Positions 24,908 to 32,000 of a stretch of 32,000 nt of DNA are shown one piece after another. Each line of letters begins with the position of its first letter. Position 1 is the first letter of the stretch. Under the pieces are notes generated by a model. The model ran no database searches, had not been told where the DNA came from, and saw only the letters and a program-made list of their open reading frames with translations. The stretch comes from an uncultured Actinomycetota bacterium (GTDB lineage Bacteria > Actinomycetota > Actinomycetes > Actinomycetales > Micrococcaceae): contig CAVUHH010000007.1 in the NCBI GenBank assembly GCA_963741285.1, positions 106,483-138,482 on the forward strand, in the 5' to 3' direction. Both the position numbers and the translations under genes were made by a program.

Positions 24908-25643
24908 GCTGGAGGGCGTTGGCTTCGGCTACGGCAGGACGGATTGGGTGTTCCGGAATGTCAGCTTCCAGGTGCTGCCTGGGACCGCCACCGCCGTCCT
25001 GGGACCCAATGGCAGCGGCAAAACCACGCTGGTGCGCTGCGCCGCCGGGCTGCTCGCCCCAGTGGAGGGAAGCGTCACCCGGGCGGCCAGGGCCGGCTAC
25101 GTCCCGCAGGCCCATGGCAGTACGTTCGCTTACCGTGCCCTGGACATGGTGCTGATGGGACGGGCACGGCAGATCGGCCTCTTCCGTTCGCCGGGTGCGG
25201 CGGACCGGGCTGCCTCACTGGAGGCAATGGAACGGGTGGGCATCGCCGGCCTCCGCAGCAGGTTTTTCCCCACGCTCAGCGGGGGCGAGCAGCAGCTGGT
25301 CCTGATCGCCCGGGCCATCGCGGCCGGCTGCCCCGTCCTGGTGCTGGACGAGCCCGCCACCGGCCTGGACCTGAAAAACCAGGTCCGCGTCCTGCGGCTC
25401 CTGCGCGAACTGATGACGGACGGCATGGCCGTGCTCCTCAGCACCCACCACCCGGACCACGCCCTGTACGTCGCGGACCGCGCAGTCCTGCTCTCCCCCA
25501 CTGGTCCCCGGACCGGCGACGCCCGGGAACTCCTGAGCGAGAAGGAACTCACGGCGCTGTATGGCGTCGGCGTCAGCACCGTGCCGTATGTCGATGGACC
25601 AAGCACCCGCCGGACCGTGGTGGTGCACTACGGCGACCAGTGA
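24900..25643 (+). CDS. ABC transporter ATP-binding protein (FepC/FecE type)
   Basis: Walker A GPNGSGKTT, signature LSGGEQQ, Walker B VLVLDEP. The GTG at 24900 overlaps the permease stop by 8 nt. Confidence 0.9.
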   Translation: MLELEGVGFGYGRTDWVFRNVSFQVLPGTATAVLGPNGSGKTTLVRCAAGLLAPVEGSVTRAARAGYVPQAHGSTFAYRALDMVLMGRARQIGLFRSPGAADRAASLEAMERVGIAGLRSRFFPTLSGGEQQLVLIARAIAAGCPVLVLDEPATGLDLKNQVRVLRLLRELMTDGMAVLLSTHHPDHALYVADRAVLLSPTGPRTGDARELLSEKELTALYGVGVSTVPYVDGPSTRRTVVVHYGDQ

Positions 25644-25798
25644 GAGAGCGTCCCGGGAAAACCCACATTAAGTGATAGACGGTCTGTTCCGGGTAGACGC
25701 TCTCTCACTTAATGCAGGAAATCCACAAGCGCTCTCTCACTTTCTTTAGGAAAGTGAGAGAGCGATTGGGAAAAACCCGCATTAAGTGAGAGAGCGTC
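25640..25798. repeat. Cluster of five GTGAGAGAGCG-core repeats in both orientations forming nested or alternative hairpins
   Basis: Forward copies are at 25640-50, 25754-64 and 25786-96; reverse copies are at 25698-708 and 25730-40. There is a perfect 15-bp hairpin (25730-44 / 25750-64, loop TTTAG). An 18-bp perfect inverted repeat (20 bp with flanks) joins 25696-25715 to 25779-25798 and encloses that hairpin. 25640-52 is also complementary to 25696-708. A direct ~114-bp periodicity is visible (GGGAAAACCCACATTAAGTGA vs GGGAAAAACCCGCATTAAGTGA). Confidence 0.8.
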
Positions 25799-25814
25799 CG
25801 GGGGGGTGGAGGGG

Positions 25815-28640
25815 TTAGCCGGTGTTGCGCAGGCCGGCGGCCACCCCGTTGACGGTGATCAGCATGGCCCGCTGGAGGCGTTCGTCGATCTCGGCGTTGC
25901 TGATGCTTTCGTCTTCTGAGGCCTGGGCCGCCCGGATCGCGCCGGAGGAGCTCCACCTGCAGGTAGCTGATGGGGTCCAGGTACTGGTCGCGGATCTCCA
26001 GGGAACGCTTGAGCGTGGGCTGGGCGTCCAGGAGCGTGTTCTCGCCGGTAAGGCTCTGGATCTCCCTGACCGTGAGCTCGTACTCCTCGCGGATGGTGCG
26101 GAAGATGCGGTGCAGCTCCTCAGGAACCAGCGTGGCCACGTAGTACCCGGCGATGTCCAGGTCCGTCTTGGCCAGGGTCATCTCCACGTTGGAAAGGACA
26201 GAGCGGAAGAAGTGCCAGTGCTCCATCATCTCCACCAGCTGGCCCGAGTGGCCGGCCTCGCGGGCCGCCTTCAGGCCCGAGCCCACACCGAACCAGCCAG
26301 GCACGATCTGCCGGGACTGGGTCCAGCCGAACACCCACGGGATGGCGCGGAGGCCACCGAGGCCGGCCCCGGAATCGGGCCGCTTGGACGGACGGGAGCC
26401 GATGTTCAGCGAGCCCAGCTGCTCCACCGGGGTGGAGGCCAGGAAATATGCGGGCAGGTCAGGATCGTCGATGAGCTTCCGGTACCGGTCAAAGGCGCCG
26501 TCGGAGATGGTCTCCATGACGTGGCCGTACCGCTCGCGCTGGTCATCGGAGGTGCGCGGGGTCACGGTGCAGCGCCGAGCCCTGGAGCACCGCGGCGAGC
26601 GAGAGCTCCAGGTTCTCCCGGGCCAGCTCCGGCAGGGAGTACTTGTCCGAGATGACCTCGCCCTGTTCGGTGAACTTGATCTCGCCTTCCAGGACTCCGT
26701 TGGGCTGGGCCATGATGGCGTCATAGGTGGGTCCGCCGCCACGGCCCACGGAACCGCCGCGGCCGTGGAACAGGCGGACCCGGACGCCGTGCTTGGCCGC
26801 CACGTCGCGCAGGTTGCGCTGGGTCTTGTGGATCTCCCACTGGCTGGTCATCACACCGGATTCCTTGTTGGAGTCCGAGTAGCCGAGCATGATTTCCTGG
26901 ACGTCGCCGCGCAGCCGGACCAGGTCGCGGTAGGACGGGACGGACAGCAACTGGTCCACGATCTCAGCCGAGGCCCGCAGTTCCTCCACGGTTTCCAGCA
27001 GCGGCGCGAAGCCGATCTTCGCGTACGGCGACGCGCCAAAGAGGTTGATCAGGCCGGCTTCGCGCGCCAGGACCGCTGCGGCCAGGACGTCGTCCGCGCC
27101 GCGGGTCATGGAAATGATGTAGGTTTCGACGACGTCCGGACCGTACGTGCGCAGGGCGCGGCGGATCTCACGGAAGACGTCGTACGTTCCGTCAGCGACG
27201 CCGTCGAGCTTGATCGGGTGGCCGGAGAGCGGGCGGCGGGAGGCCAGTTCCGATCCCAGCACCTCGAAGCGTTCGTCCCGGCTCAGTTCCGCGTAGCGGA
27301 TGCCCGGGCCGCCGAGCCGGTCCATCAGCTGGCCGACGGCGTCGTGGTGGTGGTCGGCGTGCTCGCGGATGTCCAGGGTGGCCAGGTGCAGGCCAAACGA
27401 CGCAACGGCGCGGCGGACGCGGGCCAGCGCACCGTCGGCTGCGAGCGACGCCGAGTGGTTTCGGAGCGACAGCTCCAGCAGTTCAAGGTCGGTCAGCAGT
27501 TCGCTGGTGGAGCTGTAGTCCCGGCCGTGTTCATGGTTGGAGTCCGCGGCCACGCGCTTGCCGGTGTTGATGAGCTTGGCCTTGATGCACGTGAGCTTAA
27601 GGCGGTAGGGCTCCTGGGCGTTGAGTTCCAGGACGCGGCGGTCCAGGCCCGGGAGCTTTTTCAGGTCCGCCTCGATGGAGTCCAGCAGGCCCTTGTCCGC
27701 ACCGGCCAGCGAGGTGGAGTTGGACAGGATGGAGATCAGTTCGTCCATCATCGCGATGCTGATGCGGACGGCGTGCTGGTTCTGGATCTGCAGGATTTCC
27801 CTGGTGACCGCCGCCGTGACGTTGGGGTTGCCGTCCCGGTCGCCGCCGATCCAGGAGCCAAACCGGATGGGGGCGTCCTGGGACGAGAGGCTGACGCCGT
27901 GCTCGCCGAGCAGTTCCGAGAAATCCGACAGCATCTCAGGCATGGCGTCGGTCAGGATGCCGCCGAGGTAGTAGATGGCGTTGCGGGCCTCGTCCACCGG
28001 GGTGGGGCGCACCTGGCGCAGCTCGTCCGTCTGCCACATCTGGTCGATGACCTCGGACAGCTGGCGGTCCTGCCGGCGGCGGGCGGTGGTGCCTTCCTTC
28101 GTGGATTCGGACAGCACATCGGAGAGCTTGCGGATCTTGTCCAGCACGGAACGGCGCGAGGCCTCGGTGGGGTGGGCGGTGAAGATGGGGCGGACGTCCA
28201 GCCCGTTGACCACTTCCTGCAGCCGTCCGGGTCCCGCCTGGGCGGCGATGTCGGCGACGGCCTTGGCCAGCCAGCCGTCCTTTTCCTGCCGGGTCCGCAG
28301 GCGTGCGGACGCGGTGGACCTGTTCGGCCGCGTTGGCGAGGTGGAAGTAGAACGCGAACGCGCGCACCAGGTCGGTGGCCTGCTCAATCGGCAGGGAGCC
28401 GAGCAGTTCGCGGACCTGCTCGACGACGTCGTGCGCGCTCCAGGGCCCGGTGGCGTCAGCTCCGCCGCGGGCCGCTTCCTTGGATTCCTTGGTGAGGAGG
28501 CGGACCTGCTCCACCAGGTCCAGGAGCTCAGGGCCGTGCTGGCGCACCAGGGATTCGCCCAGCAAGGAGGTGACGCGCCGGACGTCGGCCCTCAGTTCAG
28601 AGGCAAGGTCGGTTGTGGGATTCACTGCAGTGTTAGCCAT
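25815..28640 (-). pseudogene. ppc: Phosphoenolpyruvate carboxylase, split over four frame segments as read (three frameshifts)
   Basis: The N-terminus [28 protein letters not shown] starts at ATG 28640. It contains [31 protein letters not shown] and [13 protein letters not shown], and the canonical C-terminus [15 protein letters not shown]-stop (TAA, 25815-25817 on the plus strand). Frame changes lie near 28298-28310, 26560-26570 and 25935-25945. Confidence 0.92.
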
Positions 28641-28866
28641 GGAAACTGTCTTTCGAGGGTTCGGACTTGGCTCGTACACTGCGCTGGATACTGTGAGCCG
28701 CGTTACTACCTATCGATGCTACCCGTCCGGCGCGGCGAAGGTGGAATCCGTCTCAGATCATGTCCGTGCCCTTGACGTATGCCGCAGGCGGACGCTCAGC
28801 GTGGAATGAAGGCCGCGTGCTCCGCGCTGGTTGTAGCCGGCGAATCAGAGACGCCCGGAGGAAACC

Positions 28867-29700
28867 ATGAGCACCACCGCAGCCGCCCAGCTGGAACGCT
28901 GGCAGCGCTTCCGCACCAACCGGAACAAGGCCCTCGCCACCCGCCACGGCTGGCTGACCCTCACCTCCTTCCAGTGGCTGGAATCCGAGCCCTCCGCCGT
29001 CGACCTCGTCCCCGGCCTCTGGTCAACGGACGGTACGACGGCGGCACTCACCGCAGCGGCGCAGGACGGCCTGACGCTGGTGGCCACCGGGGAGCCCGTG
29101 GACGGCACCGTCACGCCGCCCTCGCCGACGAGGAGTCCCTGATGTGGGTGCAGTTCGGCGGCGCGGACGGCCAGCAGGTGGTGGTTGAACTGGCCATGCG
29201 CGCGGACCGGTACGCCATCCGCACGCGGGATTCGCGGCTCACCCGTCTTGACGGAGTTCGACGGCGTTCCCACCTTCGGCTACAACCCGGACCTGGTGAT
29301 TGAGGCGGCTTACGAGCCGTACCCGAGCCGGAGGCCGTCCCGATCGCGCACGGCCAATCCGCTGGTGGACGGCGTGCACTATTCGGTGGGCGAGGTGGTG
29401 TTCCGGCTCCCGGGGATTGACCATGAATACCGCCTGCATGCCGAGGAGGAAAAGCTGGGCGCGCTGACCATCACGTTCCATGACGGAACCAACGGCGAGT
29501 CAACGGACGAGTGGCGGAAGGTGTCCACACCCAGGCCCCGAGTGGACGCCGCCGGCAACGCCACGGTGGTCCTGGACTTCAACCGCGCCATCAACTACCC
29601 CAGCGCGTTCACGCCCTTCGGCACCTGCCCCATGCCGGTGAAGAACAACAGCCTGGACGCGAGGATCGAGGCCGGCGAAAAGCAGCCCGCCTTCGGCTGA
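28867..29700 (+). pseudogene. DUF1684-family protein, two compensating frameshifts as read
   Basis: A GGAGG RBS precedes ATG 28867. The N-terminal part (ERWQRFRTNRNKALATRHGWLTLTSFQWL) and the C-terminal part (DFNRAINYPSAFTPFGTCPMPVKNNSLDARIEAGE) are in the same frame. The middle (AALADEESLMWVQFGGADGQQVVVELAMRADRYAIRTRDS) reads only in another frame, between about 29112 and 29240. Confidence 0.75.
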
Positions 29701-29773
29701 CTTGAGCCGCCTGCCGAGTAATGCCCCGCCGGTTTTGAGGCTCACCCAACCTAGCCAGGCTCAACCACCGGGC

Positions 29774-30970
29774 CTAGACGATCGCCGAGACTCCGGTGAC
29801 GGCCCGGCCCACGATGAGCGTGTTGATTTCAAACGAGCCCTCGTAGGTGTAGATGGCCTCGGCGTCGGCGAAGATCTTGGCCATCCGGTAGTCGGTCACG
29901 ATGCCGTTGCCGCCCAGGATGGACCGGCCCAGCGCCACGGTTTCGCGCATCCGGGCGCTGGTGTAGGACTTGGCGAGGGCCACCTGCGGCATGTCGGCGG
30001 CGCCGTCGTCCTGCAGCTGCGCGAGCCGCGCCATCATGCCCATGCTCGCCACGGTGTTGCCCAGCATGGTCACCAGCTGCTGCTGGATGAGCTGGAACTT
30101 GGCCAGCGGCCGGCCGAACTGCTGGCGTTCGACGGCGTACTGCCGGGCGACGTCGAACGCCGCCAGCTGCTGCCCCACGGCCTGCCAGGCCACCATGAAC
30201 CGCGAGCCGCGCAGGAGCTGGTTGGTGTCCTCGAAGCTGTTGATCCCGGCAAACCGGTCAGCCTCGGCAACCCGGACATCCTCGAAGACAATGTCCGCGT
30301 TCTGCACGGTCCGCAGCGCGATCTTGTTCTCGATCCGGCTCCGGCTGACCCCCGGCAGGGAAGCATCAACGATGAACCCGCGGACCGCGCCGGGCCCGCC
30401 GGCGCCGCGGATTCGTCCCTGGCCCACACCAGCATGTAGTCGCAGAACGTCCCGTTGCCGATCCAGCGTTTGGCGCCGTTGAGCACCCAGGCGTCGCCGT
30501 CGTCGTCGGGCTCTCCGGTCGCTGCTGGAGATCCGCCGGGCCCGCGTTTCCATCCCGCCGGCCACATCGGAGCCGTGCCCGGGCTCGGTGAGGGCGAACG
30601 CGCCGGTGATGCGGAGGCTTGAGGCGTCCGCGAGCAGCCGGTCCTTCTGGCTGGCCGAGCCAAAGCCGTACAGCGACTCCACAAACAGGTCGTGGTGGAC
30701 CAGGAAGAACGTGGCGATGGAGGTGTCCACGCGGGTCATTTCGGCAATGACCAGTCCCGCGAACAGGTTGCTGTAGCCGCGCTGGGCCGGGGTGCTCAGT
30801 TCCAGGGCGGCGAGTTTGGGCAGGATGTGCGCCGGAAACTCGGCCTTGTTCCACCAGTCCGAGGCATAGGGGGCGATCTCCGCGGCGAGGAATTCGCGCA
30901 GCTCGGCCAGCTTTGCCTGCTCCTTCGGACTGAGGAGGGACTCGAAGGCGAAGAAGTCGGCCGTGGGCAA
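29774..30970 (-). CDS. Acyl-CoA dehydrogenase (glutaryl-CoA dehydrogenase-like) with an internal out-of-frame segment
   Basis: ACAD motifs include [12 protein letters not shown] and the C-terminal [18 protein letters not shown]. Residues encoded by about 30400-30540 read as Arg-rich nonsense, while the conserved [29 protein letters not shown] is in another frame. The start is TTG 30970, 6 nt after the SDR stop. Confidence 0.85.
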   Translation of the reverse strand: MPTADFFAFESLLSPKEQAKLAELREFLAAEIAPYASDWWNKAEFPAHILPKLAALELSTPAQRGYSNLFAGLVIAEMTRVDTSIATFFLVHHDLFVESLYGFGSASQKDRLLADASSLRITGAFALTEPGHGSDVAGGMETRARRISSSDRRARRRRRRLGAQRRQTLDRQRDVLRLHAGVGQGRIRGAGGPGAVRGFIVDASLPGVSRSRIENKIALRTVQNADIVFEDVRVAEADRFAGINSFEDTNQLLRGSRFMVAWQAVGQQLAAFDVARQYAVERQQFGRPLAKFQLIQQQLVTMLGNTVASMGMMARLAQLQDDGAADMPQVALAKSYTSARMRETVALGRSILGGNGIVTDYRMAKIFADAEAIYTYEGSFEINTLIVGRAVTGVSAIV

Positions 30971-30976
30971 GCCCGT

Positions 30977-31776
30977 TCACTTCGGGCCCATCCGGATGGC
31001 GCCGTCGAGCCGGATGGTTTCGCCGTTGAGCATGGCGTTCTCCACGATGTGGGCCACCAGGCTGGCGTACTCTGCCGGTTTTCCCAGGCGTGAGGGGTGC
31101 GGAACCTGCCGGCCCAGCGACTCCTGCGCTTCCTGCGGGAGCGTCGCCATCATGGGGGTTTCGAAGATGCCGGGGGCGATGGTCACCACACGCACCAGCG
31201 AGCGCGCCAGTTCCCGTGCCAGCGGCAGCGTCATGGCGGCGACGGCGCCCTTGGAGGCGGCGTAGGCAGGCTGCCCGATCTGCCCGTCGAAGGCCGCCAC
31301 GGATGCGGTGTTCACGATGACGCCGCGCTCGGGGCCGCCCAGCTCCGTGCTGACCGGCTCGGTGGCCACCATGGCCGCGGCCGCCAGGCGCAGCACGTTG
31401 AACGTCCCGACGAGGTTCACCTGGATGACCCGGTTGAACGTCTCCAGCGGGAGGACGCCGTCCCGGCCCAGCACCTTGCCGGGCGTGGCGATGCCGGCGC
31501 AGTTCACCACGATCCGCAGCGGCCCCAGGGTCACAGCGGTGTCGACGGCGGCCTGCACCTGCGCTTCGTTGGTGACGTCTGCGGGGACGAAGACTGGCCC
31601 GCGGGCCGGAGCCGGCGCCGCGCGCCGTTCAGCTCCGCCGCGAAAGCCGCGCCGGCAGAGGACGGCAGGTCGATCAGCACCACCGAGGCGCCGGCGTCGA
31701 ACAGGCGCTTAGCCGTAGCAGCGCCCAAACCGGATGCCCCGCCCGTAATCAGCGCGACCGTACCCATGACGTCCAT
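30977..31776 (-). pseudogene. Short-chain dehydrogenase/reductase (3-hydroxyacyl-CoA dehydrogenase type-2-like), one frameshift as read
   Basis: An AAGGAGG RBS lies 5 nt before ATG 31776. The N-terminus [25 protein letters not shown] is in the frame of ORF 31531-31821. The remainder ([18 protein letters not shown]...[24 protein letters not shown]) is in the frame of ORF 30977-31558. The switch is near 31600-31640, and the total length of 800 nt is not a multiple of 3. Confidence 0.85.
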
Positions 31777-31816
31777 ACATCCTCCTTGATGCGGCCCCGC
31801 ACACCTGCCAGCGCAG

Positions 31817-31836
31817 AACATTAGTTAGTGAATGTT
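31817..31836. promoter_or_regulatory. AT-rich palindrome AACATT-N8-AATGTT in a divergent intergenic region (candidate operator)
   Basis: Seen at 31817-31822 / 31831-31836, in the only AT-rich patch between the SDR-ACAD operon start (31776) and a divergent ATG at 31931. Confidence 0.3.
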
Positions 31837-31930
31837 AACTGAAATTCGGTCGGCCCGCACGCGTCCACACTCACCCCGAACGCGCCCGCAGCCGCCGGAC
31901 ACCCGCCGCGGCCCCGGTTAGGCTGGACGC

Positions 31931-32000
31931 ATGACTCCGCCGGACACCAGCCCTGAACCCAGCACCCGGGAGCCCGCCGACTGGCAGGCCCGGGCCAACG
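31931..32000 (+). CDS. 5' end of an unidentified divergent gene (possibly the operon's regulator)
   Basis: ATG 31931 opens a frame (MTPPDTSPEPSTREPADWQARAN) that runs to the window end. It is too short to classify. Confidence 0.2.
   Translation, partial: MTPPDTSPEPSTREPADWQARAN

Noticed and set aside
25640-25804. CRISPR array
   Set aside because: The repeats occur in both orientations, with irregular 20-45-nt spacing and only five short cores. That is not a direct-repeat/spacer architecture, and there are no cas genes.
26153-28495. 780-aa plus-strand ORF
   Set aside because: It is antisense to ppc, whose motifs are unambiguous on the minus strand. Its translation is low-complexity (R/G/A/V/D).
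1935-31776. Programmed ribosomal frameshifting as an explanation for the split genes
   Set aside because: The sites share no slippery heptamer or common context, and they occur in unrelated genes that are single-frame in other bacteria. Several come as compensating pairs. Indels, whether errors or mutations, fit better.

Overview
This is a high-GC actinobacterial chromosomal segment. Gene content and protein sequences look Micrococcaceae/Arthrobacter-like, but that is inference only. All family names are from memory of conserved motifs, since no database search was possible.

Layout, left to right:
- 3' part of lhr with an overlapping nei (Fpg/Nei glycosylase), the arrangement known as lhr-nei2 in mycobacteria.
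- A divergent yczE-like membrane gene and a MocR/PdxR-type regulator.
- An arsR-SRPBCC operon.
- An RluA-family pseudouridine synthase.
- A macro-domain protein.
- A ~1.3 kb visibly lower-GC islet (about 8.06-9.35 kb). It holds gene remnants and two small ORFs, and abuts a SARP/BTAD regulator gene preceded by 22-bp-periodic direct repeats.
- dedA.
- An ~11 kb group 1h (Hhy-type, high-affinity) [NiFe]-hydrogenase locus. A NiCoT nickel permease is divergent from hypA-hypB-hhyS-hhyL. These are followed by five tightly packed genes of unknown function (three of the four junctions are stop/start overlaps), including an untracked 39-codon membrane micro-ORF. Then come the maturation protease, hypC, a disordered acidic protein and a convergent DUF6390-like gene. 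No hypD/E/F is seen in the window.
- A FecB/FecCD/FepC-type ABC importer.
- A 165-bp AT-richer intergenic region packed with five copies of a GTGAGAGAGCG core in both orientations.
- ppc, a DUF1684 gene, and an SDR plus acyl-CoA dehydrogenase operon.

The most pervasive anomaly is frame disruption. At least eight otherwise conserved genes (nei, hypB, a hydrogenase accessory gene, the ABC permease 5' end, ppc three times, DUF1684 twice, the acyl-CoA dehydrogenase twice, the SDR) only read correctly if indel-type frameshifts are assumed. This points to assembly indel errors or, less likely, real gene decay.

I recognised no rRNA, tRNA, CRISPR array or transposase.
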